From the sequence record MZ779063.1: DNA of 64,000 nt; one strand, given 5' to 3'. Origin of the DNA: Staphylococcus phage vB_SauM-UFV_DC4. The position numbers and the translations under genes are program-made. A model generated the notes under the pieces. That model was not told the DNA's origin, made no database searches, and saw only the letters and a program-made list of their open reading frames with translations. This document shows, piece after piece, positions 49,411-60,300 of the stretch. How positions within the stretch are numbered: the first letter of the stretch is position 1; each line of letters opens with the position of its first letter.

Positions 49411-52400
49411 ATGGCAGACTTTATGTATCTCCATCCTTCTGTACAAACACAAATCAACTCTTATCAAAATAATTACCCTACAGCTGAAGGTCCTGTAACA
49501 TTATTTGCTGCAGACACTTTTGAAAAAGGTAAAGATGGAGTTATTGATTTTGTAGGTACTGAAGAAGAATTTATTTTTAAATATGGTGAACCAAACTATA
49601 CGAAATACGGTCAAGCTGCTTATAACCTCGTGAACTGGTTACGTTCTGGTGGTCAAGCTTATGTATTACGTGTATTACCTAAAAATGCAACTTACTCTCA
49701 TGCTATATTAAACGTACAAAGTAGAGTACAAAAAGATGGTAAAAAAGTTTTAACGGATGCAAATGAATTAGTTAAAATTGATGATGTTAAAATTCGTCCA
49801 ACAATTGCATTTGTTAAGAAAAATAATAGAAATATTGAAGAATTAGTTAACGAAATCACTTTAGATCGTGGTAATGAACAAACAGTAGACGGTTATAATA
49901 ATAACTTCTTACTTTTAGCTTATCCAAATGGTCGTGGTGAATCTTATAATGATTTAGGTATTCGTTTAACTTTAAATACTTCATATGACACTAGTGGTCG
50001 TACTGAACGTGTTTATAACTTAGAAGTACTTGAATTTGACGAATTTAGTAATGTTAATGTAATTGATGGCCCATTCTTAGTTACATTTGATCCAGATTCA
50101 ATTTCAGATACTGGTGAATCAATGTTCATCGAAGAGGTTGTTAATCGTTATTCTAAATACGTTAACATCAAATTTAATCTAGAAAACTTCCAAAATCTAG
50201 CTAAAGAAATTAATCCTAATGTACATCCTGCAAGCATTGATGTTATTTCTGGTAAATCTAAAGTTAGTATTGATGGAACTCCTGAGACTTTCTACTCAGA
50301 AAAAACTAAACAATCTGAAGATATCCATATCACTTTACACCGTTACAATAATAAAGGTGTACCAGTAACTATTAGTGGTAACCCTGTATTGAATAAACCT
50401 GATTTTAACGATCCAGTTGAAAATGCATTAATTTCATTAGACAATGGTATGCGTGAAAAAACTTTCGTTACAGATTCAGATCGTCTTTCTTACATGAGAG
50501 ATCAATACAAAACTTTACGTTCTGATAATTTTACAGAATTTAAATCATTATTAAATAAAATTATTGTACCGGGTAATGGTTTATTTGAAGATGATGCAGG
50601 TAGCTTACCTAAAACTATTAAAGATAATTTAGTTTCTGCAAAATTAACACAAGAAGATGTAACTGCAGATATCAATGATGAAGAAGCAGTTGAAGAAGAA
50701 TTAGCTGGAAAATTCAAACCTTCTGAAATTAATTTCGGTGGTAAACCTGCTGGAGCAGCTGAACGTTTAGTTCAAGATTATAACACTTATTTTGAAGATT
50801 CAAATGAAGAAAATCTTTCTGCAGTACTTTCAGGTACAGAAGAAATTGGTTCTTTATTATTAAACGAATTCTTAGATAACGGTAATAAACTTAACGCTGC
50901 TTACGAATTAGTTTATAAATCTAATTCAGGTATTTCTTCAAATCCTAAATATCAAGCTGATGTTAAAGAATTACGTGATGTATTGGCTCAAAAAGACCAA
51001 ATCCGTATCTTTGGTATTCAACATAAATCTAATATCTTAGATATTACAAATGATATTGCTGAATTACGTATTGGTATGAAATCAGTTACTAACTTAGAAG
51101 GTATGTCTAAAGTATTAAATGATACTGAAACAGAATTACGCTATGTAATTGACAACTTAATGCCTGCTGTTCGTGAAGGACTTCCTAAAGAAGCAGTTGA
51201 CTTTATTAACACTGTTCCTGATGGTGATGATGAAGATACAGAACGTGATTTAGTTTCTCCAGAAGCTATGTTAAACTCATTAGCTGACAAACAAATGTTA
51301 GTTGACGATATTAACTTAGGATTAATGGAAGACAATGCTGCTAACCGTGAAGAAGTATTCGTAGCTTGTAATGAAATCGCTAACCAATTAGTTGATTTAA
51401 TTAACAGAGCTGTTTCAGTAGCTTCTGTATATAAAGTTGCTCGTGCGGTACGTATTGCAGCTAATACAATCTATTATGATATTTCTATCTTCCGTAAAAA
51501 TATTGATGAAATGATTCAAACTCGTTCTAACTATACAGAAAGAGATATTACATTGAATGCTCATCAAAATATTGAATTAGCTGTTGCTAACTTGAATAAA
51601 GCTAACTCTAAATACTTCAATACTAATCTTATTGATGTATCTAGTCCAGTTAAATTCTTATTCGGTTCTGATGGTGACTTCTCTTATGCTGAAGACATTT
51701 CATATAAAGATCGTAAAAACTCTGTTAACCGTGAATTAATTAAAGCTTATAAAGGTTTAATTGATGAAGAAATTACAAACACTAAAGCTTATCCATTTGA
51801 TGTTGTTCTTGATGCTCGTTATTCTAACGAAGTTAAGTTCGCTATCTCTGAATTAGCTAAAAATGTTCGTAAAGACTTTGTATTCTTAGCTGATACGGTT
51901 ACTGATCGTTACCCAGTTAGTCCTGAAGATGCAATTAGATGGAGAAAAGAAGAATTTGCTGTTTCTTCTGAGTATACAGCTATTTACTCTCAAGATTTAA
52001 CTTACTATGATGAGTACACTGGTAGAGACATTCGTTTCACACCAACTTATCGTTTAGCTTCAATGATTCCTTATCAAGCTGTTAACTCTGGTTTACACTT
52101 CCCAATTGCAGGACCTAGACGTGGACTAGTTGAAGGACATAAAGCTTTATCTTGGGCTCCTAATGAACCTTATAAAGAAAAACTTTATACTTCTAAAATT
52201 AACTACATTGAAAAAGATATTGATAGAACTAAATTTGGTGCACAAATGACTTCTATTAAATCTGATGGTCCATTATCTAACTTGAACAATATCTTTACAT
52301 TAAATCAAATTAAACGTGATGCAGAAACTCTTGTTTCTGATTACCAATTTGAATTAAATGATGATGAAACTCGTTCAATTATGGGTACAGAGTTGAATGC

Positions 52401-52563
52401 TTATCTTACTCGTTATGTATCTAACCGTAGCTGTGAAACTATTCAAGCTGAAGTTAGTGCAGATGAATACGATAAATCTCAACGTATTGTACGTGTTAAA
52501 ATTTCTGTTAAATTCAACAATGTTATTGAACGTATCTTCATTGACATTAATGTTGAAAAATAA
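49411..52563 (+). CDS. Contractile tail sheath protein, unusually large at 1050 aa.
   Basis: The N-terminal YGQAAYNLVNWLRSGGQAYVLRVLP aligns with the T4 gp18 block YFMSAMNFLQYGNDLRVVRAV. The C-terminus carries VRVKISVKF. Codon bias is of the highly-expressed type. Confidence 0.7.
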   Translation: MADFMYLHPSVQTQINSYQNNYPTAEGPVTLFAADTFEKGKDGVIDFVGTEEEFIFKYGEPNYTKYGQAAYNLVNWLRSGGQAYVLRVLPKNATYSHAILNVQSRVQKDGKKVLTDANELVKIDDVKIRPTIAFVKKNNRNIEELVNEITLDRGNEQTVDGYNNNFLLLAYPNGRGESYNDLGIRLTLNTSYDTSGRTERVYNLEVLEFDEFSNVNVIDGPFLVTFDPDSISDTGESMFIEEVVNRYSKYVNIKFNLENFQNLAKEINPNVHPASIDVISGKSKVSIDGTPETFYSEKTKQSEDIHITLHRYNNKGVPVTISGNPVLNKPDFNDPVENALISLDNGMREKTFVTDSDRLSYMRDQYKTLRSDNFTEFKSLLNKIIVPGNGLFEDDAGSLPKTIKDNLVSAKLTQEDVTADINDEEAVEEELAGKFKPSEINFGGKPAGAAERLVQDYNTYFEDSNEENLSAVLSGTEEIGSLLLNEFLDNGNKLNAAYELVYKSNSGISSNPKYQADVKELRDVLAQKDQIRIFGIQHKSNILDITNDIAELRIGMKSVTNLEGMSKVLNDTETELRYVIDNLMPAVREGLPKEAVDFINTVPDGDDEDTERDLVSPEAMLNSLADKQMLVDDINLGLMEDNAANREEVFVACNEIANQLVDLINRAVSVASVYKVARAVRIAANTIYYDISIFRKNIDEMIQTRSNYTERDITLNAHQNIELAVANLNKANSKYFNTNLIDVSSPVKFLFGSDGDFSYAEDISYKDRKNSVNRELIKAYKGLIDEEITNTKAYPFDVVLDARYSNEVKFAISELAKNVRKDFVFLADTVTDRYPVSPEDAIRWRKEEFAVSSEYTAIYSQDLTYYDEYTGRDIRFTPTYRLASMIPYQAVNSGLHFPIAGPRRGLVEGHKALSWAPNEPYKEKLYTSKINYIEKDIDRTKFGAQMTSIKSDGPLSNLNNIFTLNQIKRDAETLVSDYQFELNDDETRSIMGTELNAYLTRYVSNRSCETIQAEVSADEYDKSQRIVRVKISVKFNNVIERIFIDINVEK

Positions 52564-52572
52564 TTAAACTTA

Positions 52573-52604
52573 TAGGATACGGCTTAATATACAGTCGTAT
52601 CCTA
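52573..52604 (+). terminator. Terminator hairpin (taggatacg / cgtatccta) plus a T-run.
   Basis: 9-bp inverted repeat. Confidence 0.5.
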
Positions 52605-52716
52605 TTTTATTATATAAATAAAGATCTTATATTAAATTATACGTATGAAGATGGTATATAAACTTCTATAATATACATTTATGTAAATAAGATTAATGAA
52701 AAGGAGAAAATAATAT

Positions 52717-53523
52717 ATGATTTTACCAAGTAAAAATCAGCGTGTGTTTGATAATAACATCGCTAAGAACAAGTGGTTCTATAATGGACATATGAATCTT
52801 CAAACTCTTGAGTTTGATCCATTCGTAACTGGTTATTCATTCATAGTATGGACTAAGATTCCTTCTTGGGTTGAAAAACAATTCCCTGGTTTTAAAGCTA
52901 TGACTCAAAAGAACTTTAAATCATTCCAAGGTTTAGAAAACATTGAAATGACTACAAACGATTATATGCATACGTTTAACGGTAATAACTATCGTACAGC
53001 TGCTAGTATTACAAAAGGAAACACTGGTTTCCAAATGACTCACCAAGAATTCTCTGGTAGTCCAATTAAAAATATGTATCAATACTGGGTATCTGGTATC
53101 CGTGATCCTCGTACTGGTATTGCAACTTATCCTAAAATTCATAATTTAGAATATGCTGCTAAAAACCATACAGGTGAATTATTATATATTCAAACTCGTC
53201 CAGATGCTAATAATACATCTAAAAATAATATTGAATTCGCTGCTTATTACACTGCAGTAATGCCTACTCGTATTTCTCTTGATCACCATAACTACACTAT
53301 GGAAACTCATGAAGAAGCACAAATTGAGCAAGACTTTGCAGGTAATATGGAAATTTCAGCACGTGTAAATGACTTTGCTAAGTCTAAACTTAATGAAATT
53401 TACAGCTTCACTGAACAAGGTATGTTTGATCCATCTGCACCTAAAACTGCTGGAGATAACTTATCTGATTTCGACTATAATAAAGGTGGAATCACTGGTT
53501 CAGGTAACGGAGATCTTAAATAA
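52717..53523 (+). CDS. Putative tail tube protein.
   Basis: Position immediately after the sheath gene; strong RBS aaaaggag; Arg is encoded by CGT. Confidence 0.45.
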   Translation: MILPSKNQRVFDNNIAKNKWFYNGHMNLQTLEFDPFVTGYSFIVWTKIPSWVEKQFPGFKAMTQKNFKSFQGLENIEMTTNDYMHTFNGNNYRTAASITKGNTGFQMTHQEFSGSPIKNMYQYWVSGIRDPRTGIATYPKIHNLEYAAKNHTGELLYIQTRPDANNTSKNNIEFAAYYTAVMPTRISLDHHNYTMETHEEAQIEQDFAGNMEISARVNDFAKSKLNEIYSFTEQGMFDPSAPKTAGDNLSDFDYNKGGITGSGNGDLK

Positions 53524-53543
53524 TAGATTCTCTCAAATAAAAT

Positions 53544-53573
53544 CCCCTAATACTAAATTAATAGTATTAGGGG
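53544..53573. terminator. Bidirectional terminator (cccctaatact / agtattagggg) between convergent units.
   Basis: Perfect 11-bp inverted repeat. Confidence 0.65.
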
Positions 53574-53585
53574 AATATTTTTGAA

Positions 53586-55751
53586 TTATTTATTAATTCT
53601 ACTGTATATATGACAAAATGTTATGTCGTCTAAATTTACTGTTTCATTTAATAATCTTTCTTTCCAGTTCTCTCCAAGATCATATATCATTTCTGATAAT
53701 ACTTTTTCTGTATAATTTTGTAAAGGAACTAGTTTAGCATCATATTTACTGAATTTTCGTATATAGTTTTCATAACTTAAATCGTCAGATACATATTTAA
53801 TAGATTCAAATATATAAGGTTTAAATATCATATATCTATCAAAATCCATATCATCATGAATCATCAATAATTTAGGTAAATAATAAGATTCAATAGGTAC
53901 TTTAATTTCTAATCCTTGAATATTATTTTTATAATGAACTTCATATTTTAATTTTCTATCTTTCCAATCAAAATTATTAAGAGCATAATGTATAGGTTCT
54001 TCTTTAAGGTAATAATCAATTCCATCATTACTATATGATTGAACACTATCAAACGATCTAGGATCGTTATCTGAATCAATATTATTTAACTCATTATCTT
54101 CATTAGTCATTACATAATCTTCATATATAAAATAATAATTTTTAATATTAGGATACACTAAAGCTTTTTTATTGACATTTGAATGTTTTTTGACTGTATT
54201 TGAATTTATAATAAGAGAATCAAATAAGAAATTATTTTTGTCAGGTGTAGTTATTTGTATATCATTTTCTTTTCTAAGATAAATTTCATTGATATATTCA
54301 TCTATATTCATTTCTGGAAATCTCTTATATAAACCTAATGTACATAAATTGTTATGATCTTCATGAACTTTAGCAATATAATTTTTACCATTAATATTTA
54401 CTACCGCTTCTTCTTGTTTAGAATTCTTTATTTGATCATTATTAAATTTTCTTCTAAATAATATTTTGAAATCATACATTCCAGATTCAGATAAATTTAA
54501 AGTATTCTTAACAGTTCCTGTAGTTAAAGAAAATTTATCAGATAAACTACTAACTTCTTCTATATTTGTAGTTTTATTATCTATTTTAAAAGTTTCTAAA
54601 GTTTTACCGGTTCCTTGATTATAAGAATCATTATCTATATAGAAATCTTTAATAGGTACTATAGTTCTAGTTCCTACTTTAAAGTGATTTTCTTGTTTTG
54701 AATAGAAAGGATTTTTAGCTTCAGGAACTTCAACTTCTTCTAATAATATAACGTTTATATCATTTTCTTTAGTAGAGAAGTTTTTATCATATTCAAATTT
54801 AAATGTGTGAATTCCTTCTTCTAAATATAAAGGCGGTTCTTCAAAATATTCATCTTTAGCATCATCATATTTTTCTAATATAGATCTAAACCATAATAAA
54901 CTTTTATTCGTAGGAGTTCTAAAATAACTTCCCACATTATCTATAAATACTTTATTCACTGTACCATTATTATAATGATTTCCAGCTTTAAATCTTACTT
55001 CATAATGGGATGATTTAGGAATATTAATTTTCATTTCTAATATTCCATCTTCTATAGTCACATATCCTTTTCCTAAGAACCTATCATAACCTGAATCTCT
55101 CTTATAAGCTCCATCAAATTCACTTTCTCTAGTTCTATAAACATCACCTAGATATGCATCATAGAATATTCTTCCATCTTCTACTAATCCATTATATATA
55201 ATGCCATCTATTAATTCAGATTCTTTTAATATTTTTTGATTAAACGCATAGTCTTTAGGATAATTATTATTATCTTTATAGACTGGTGGATAAGGTTCAA
55301 TTTTCACCTCACTTTCTACCAGATTGTTAAAATTTAAATCTTCATACTCAATATTACCTATATAATTGGTATCATATATTCTTTCCATTTTACCTAAGTA
55401 ATTATAATATATTGTAAATAAATCATATTTTAATTCACCAATTAATTCATAAGGTCTTTCTTCATAAACTAAAACATCTTTAGTTAATTCATTTTGATTT
55501 AATATAGGATTTTCAATTCCATATTCTTTTTTAATATAGGAAGCTGATTCAAATAAATTAACCTCACCATCTTCTTTAAAAGATAATTTTTTGTATTCAT
55601 CAGAATCAAATTCTATTTTTAATAATAATTTTTCTTTCTTTTTAGTTTTAGTTGTAATCAATGGTCTATTTTCATTATCTTTAATTTTAGTAATAACGAT
55701 TTCACCATTATTATTTTTATCAATTAACTCTTCTATTCTATAAAGCTTCAT
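53586..55751 (-). CDS. Large tail-tip or baseplate protein (721 aa); Tal/hub-like by position.
   Basis: Second gene downstream of the tape-measure gene on the minus strand. Confidence 0.35.
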   Translation of the reverse strand: MKLYRIEELIDKNNNGEIVITKIKDNENRPLITTKTKKKEKLLLKIEFDSDEYKKLSFKEDGEVNLFESASYIKKEYGIENPILNQNELTKDVLVYEERPYELIGELKYDLFTIYYNYLGKMERIYDTNYIGNIEYEDLNFNNLVESEVKIEPYPPVYKDNNNYPKDYAFNQKILKESELIDGIIYNGLVEDGRIFYDAYLGDVYRTRESEFDGAYKRDSGYDRFLGKGYVTIEDGILEMKINIPKSSHYEVRFKAGNHYNNGTVNKVFIDNVGSYFRTPTNKSLLWFRSILEKYDDAKDEYFEEPPLYLEEGIHTFKFEYDKNFSTKENDINVILLEEVEVPEAKNPFYSKQENHFKVGTRTIVPIKDFYIDNDSYNQGTGKTLETFKIDNKTTNIEEVSSLSDKFSLTTGTVKNTLNLSESGMYDFKILFRRKFNNDQIKNSKQEEAVVNINGKNYIAKVHEDHNNLCTLGLYKRFPEMNIDEYINEIYLRKENDIQITTPDKNNFLFDSLIINSNTVKKHSNVNKKALVYPNIKNYYFIYEDYVMTNEDNELNNIDSDNDPRSFDSVQSYSNDGIDYYLKEEPIHYALNNFDWKDRKLKYEVHYKNNIQGLEIKVPIESYYLPKLLMIHDDMDFDRYMIFKPYIFESIKYVSDDLSYENYIRKFSKYDAKLVPLQNYTEKVLSEMIYDLGENWKERLLNETVNLDDITFCHIYSRINK

Positions 55752-55781
55752 TGTAATAACTCAACTCTCTTCTATAATATT

Positions 55782-57242
55782 TTATGATAATGCACTTCCA
55801 ATAGCACTGTTAGGATGAGGGTTTGCTTGAGATTTATAACCGTAAATAGTATCATCTATTTGTTGTTTAAATACTCTTCCTTTTAACACTTGCATACTTC
55901 TTGAATACTGATTTTGCATATTAATTTGAGCTTTATCTATAATTGATAGTTGATCTCTTCTAATACCTGCTAAACAATCAATATAAGAAATTAAACCTGT
56001 ATTAAATTTCATACGTTGGAATGATTTTGATGCCATTAAGTTAGGGTACATATCTCTTACATTTAGTGAAACTGTTATTTCTCTAGGGAAACCATCTGCT
56101 GTCCATGTACCTTCTTCTCCACGAACTATATTCATTGATGTTATAATACCTGTATGACATTCAAATCTACCAGGACAGTTTGCTCTAACAATGAATGGTT
56201 GTTTATATGAGAAAATAGAATCTTGTAAAGGTAAAGCTAATACCAATAATGACATGAACGGTAAATATACATTTTCAAAAATAGATTGAGGATCTCCATA
56301 CGCACTATAGAATTTAAATTCTAAGTTATAAGTACGGTCAAAAGTTGAGTTCATCCATACATCAGGATAATACATTGATGCTCCATCTAAATTTTCCATA
56401 AAGTTACCAACTATACCACCTAATACTGGCATATTTGCAACCATATCATTAATGCTATCTTTAATAGATCTTGTAATTTTACCTAAAATAGAAGCTCCTC
56501 CAATACGAGCCATTTCTTTTTCTTCACGTATTTCTTGGTTTTTATTATTAATCTGAGAAGCTATATCAGATTGATTATACTCATGCATTGCTGATTCAGA
56601 TACACTAGTAGCTTTATCCGCATAATAAGCTAAACCATAGTTTTTGTCATCTAAAGATCCACCTAAATCAAATGATCCTTTTAATCCCATAGATGCATGT
56701 AATTGACTTCCCATGGTTTGTACGTATTTATAATATTCACTCATTTTAGGTTCAAAACTAACCATACGTCCATCTTTAGTATTACCTATACCAACTAATC
56801 CAGCTGTAGTATTTGCCAATCTATCTAAACCTTCTCCAAAACTCCATAATTTACCTTCACCCGGTTTACCAAATAGTTTACCGTTCAATTTAGGCATACC
56901 TGGCATTATAAATACTAAAGGTAAGTCTAATTCAAATGTTCTTTTATATATTCTTCTATTAGGGTCATCTAAACTAGAGTAGTACATAGGCATTCCAAAT
57001 ACATCTAGTTCACCTTTAACATTTCTCAATTTAGTTTTATCGGAAGCACCATATTCAGAAATATTACGAGTATTACCTGTAGCATCTTTAAATACACCTA
57101 AATCATTCTGACTTGGATCATATTCTTGGAAATCATAATCACCTTTAGTTTCATCAGGTTTAGGTATTAAAGCAATATCGTCATCACTAATATCTAAAGG
57201 TTTCGTACTACCTTTTTCATTTTTATCTTTTTCTTCTGCCAA
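55782..57242 (-). CDS. Distal-tail or baseplate protein (486 aa); Dit-like by position.
   Basis: Immediately downstream of the tape-measure gene. Confidence 0.35.
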   Translation of the reverse strand: MAEEKDKNEKGSTKPLDISDDDIALIPKPDETKGDYDFQEYDPSQNDLGVFKDATGNTRNISEYGASDKTKLRNVKGELDVFGMPMYYSSLDDPNRRIYKRTFELDLPLVFIMPGMPKLNGKLFGKPGEGKLWSFGEGLDRLANTTAGLVGIGNTKDGRMVSFEPKMSEYYKYVQTMGSQLHASMGLKGSFDLGGSLDDKNYGLAYYADKATSVSESAMHEYNQSDIASQINNKNQEIREEKEMARIGGASILGKITRSIKDSINDMVANMPVLGGIVGNFMENLDGASMYYPDVWMNSTFDRTYNLEFKFYSAYGDPQSIFENVYLPFMSLLVLALPLQDSIFSYKQPFIVRANCPGRFECHTGIITSMNIVRGEEGTWTADGFPREITVSLNVRDMYPNLMASKSFQRMKFNTGLISYIDCLAGIRRDQLSIIDKAQINMQNQYSRSMQVLKGRVFKQQIDDTIYGYKSQANPHPNSAIGSALS

Positions 57243-57373
57243 TATTATTCACTTCCTTTAATTTCATTTATTTTGAAATAATATATGCGGATATGACATA
57301 TAATAAACTGTCATATCCGCATAATCTTTACTATATAAAAGAGTTGTTCTTCTATTTATTCAAATTATTAACT

Positions 57374-60300
57374 TTATTTACCTGAAAATACTGGTATAGC
57401 AGATCTCACGTCAATATTGAATTGATCTCCATAAGCTCTATTAATAGCTTCTTGAAGATCAGAATCTCCTTGTGAAGGTCCATTATTATTACCTGGATTG
57501 ATAATAATAGTACTTCCGTTTCCATTATTACCACCTGTACCAGGATTATATGGATCATTAGGATTAACAATGACATTACCATTATTATTACCATTATTGC
57601 CATTAGCTCCATTGTTTCCATTTTGTCCATTATTTCCAGTATTGCCGTTGCTACCATTATTTCCATTTGCACCGTTAATAATATCTGGATTATTTTGTAA
57701 ATTATCTTTAATGATTCTATCAATTTCTTTATTAATTTCTTTGATAATTACATTACCTTTAGAATCAACTAAGTCACCTTTATTATTGATAGTCGTGTTA
57801 TTAAAGATATTATCACCTTTATTAATAGTAGTGTTATTACCTTTAAATGACATTTTTCTAAGTTGATCTAACATCTTAGCTGTATTTTTATCAATATTAC
57901 TTGTATGCTTAGTAATTTCATCTAAATCCATACGTTTTTGCTTATCAACTTTCATAGGTCCATTTTTGTAAGATACTGTAGAATTGTTATAATTATTGGT
58001 AATATTATAAATATTTCTTACAGTATTATTATCGCCTTGAATTGTTTGATGAGTAGTAGAATTGTTGGTTGTAGTTCCTGGTGAAGTATAGTTATTATTA
58101 ACTATAGTAGAATTAGTATTTCCACCATTATTAATTACAGTACTTCCGCCAGAAGAACTTCCTGATCCTTGTTGTTGAGATTGATTTGGCATTGATGAAG
58201 ATGACCCATCTTGACCATTTGCACCAGATTGACCATCAGAACCACTAGATCCTGATGAACCTGAAGAACCAGAGTCTCCTGATTCCCCATCTTCTCCATC
58301 AGACCCTGATGAACCTGATTCAGATTTCTTCTTACCAGCTTCAGATTTAAGCTTTTCTTGTTGTTCTTGGTCTATTTTTTTGGCTTCTTCGTAATCAATA
58401 CCATATATTTGAGCGTAACGTTTCATTAAACGGTCATTTAATGCTTCTTGTTCTTCTTCATCCATACGGTTATCGTCACGTCCAGTAATGGATCCGTACC
58501 AAGTACCATTTTTGAAACTATATTCTGAAGCTCCTGGTGAATCTCCTGATTCTGAACTTTCATCACTTGAGCTTCCGCTATCAGAACCTCCTTCACCATA
58601 TCTCATATAACCATCAATTCCCCATTTAGGGTTTTTATATTTATTAGCACTGTTAATAACAACACCATCAACACCATTAGCCTCTACTTGTTTACCTCCA
58701 CCAATGTACATTGTAACGTGTTCTATATTATCACATAAAATAATGTCACCTGGTTTAAGGTCTTTGGGGCTTTTAGCTTTAATTTTCTTAAAAGGCGTAT
58801 CTCCATTCCAGAATGAATGAGTAGTGGCGTTCTTATCCATATCTAAACCAGCTTTTACATAAGCTCTAGCTATCAAACTAGAACAGTCAAAAGAATTAGC
58901 TCCTTGTCTGTTAGGTTGTGAATATTTTGCACCAACCTGTTTCTTAGCCCATGCAACAGCTTTATCAATTTTGGCTTTTTGACTTCCGCCACCGCCACCG
59001 CCTCTTTGTATAGGTGGATTACCTTTAATTATTCCTGTTCTACGTGAGCTTTTGTTTTTTCCTGATGTAGATGAAACCATGTTAGAAAATTTACTAATAT
59101 CATTTGTATCAGCTATAACTGAACCGGCCCCACCTCCGCCAGCTCCTCCACCTTTTTTCTTAGTAGATTTTTTATCAGAACCACTGAATTTTTTGATAAA
59201 AGCATTACCAGAAGAAATACGTGACCCTAAAGCAGGAACACCGGCTCTTTCATATTTACTTACCCAAGAAGCAGCTGCTTGTTCTACTGTTTTAGTAGTT
59301 TTAAGGTGAGATAAGGCAGCACTTTCTGATCCACTTAATTCTTTCCATAAATAATCCAATTGTAAGTCTAAATCAGACCATTTTTTACCTTTTTCTTTAG
59401 CATATTTCATTAAACCTTGTCTACGAGTATTATCCCATTGAGCAATACCAATACCATAACCAGAAATAGCACTATTAGCTTTTGCTTCATCAAATTTGGC
59501 ATCTCCTTGAACACGATCAGCTTTCATTCCAGATTCATGTGCAAAGTTACCTAAAACACCAGCAACTTGTTCATTAGAAAGTCCTTTATCTTTAAGGAAA
59601 TTCCAAATTTTCTCTGCACCTTCACCTTCAATTCCAGCTGCATCACTTCCTGAAGATGATGCTGAACTTGATGAAGATGATCCAGATCCGGCCATAAATC
59701 CAGCCATGATATCATTCATCATACCGCCTAATTTATCGAACCAATCACCAATAGTATTAACTACTTCTCCTCCTGGTTCATTTATATCTAGTTTAGATTT
59801 TTTCTTTTTCTTCTTACTTAATAAAGAATAGAAAGGTGACATACGCATCATAGTCTCTGCTAATTTCTTAGGTGTTTTCTTAAGTTTACTCATGAGATTT
59901 TTAGGCATTAATTTATTCATTTGATGACCAATTCTACCCATTACAGATAATGGAGAATCTTTCATAGCTCCATCTACATCTTTCTTGATAGAATCTCTAG
60001 TTTTTCCTGCTGACTCTTCTACTTGTTTTTTAGCATCTTTACTAGCTTTATCTGACATGCCTTGCATTTCTGCTATTTCTTTTTTAGCTCTATCAGATGC
60101 TTCGCCTTCAATTCCTTCTTGATATGAACTTAATTCTTCTTTACTAGCTTCAGTCATTTCTTTACTCATATTTCCCATTTCTTCTTCATGACTAGAGAAT
60201 TTATCTTTTAACCATCCCCAACCAGATTTAATTAATCCAGTTCCTCCTTGAAGAAGCATAGAAGTCATACCAGTTAAATTACTTAAGCCTTTACCAGCTA

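Noticed and set aside
57498-57866. 122-aa Pro/Leu-rich + strand ORF, with similar ORFs at 59052-59309, 60684-61127 and 62169-62480 inside the tape-measure gene
   Set aside because: These are antisense reading frames of the Gly/Asn/Ala-rich repeats. They are an artefact of biased composition.
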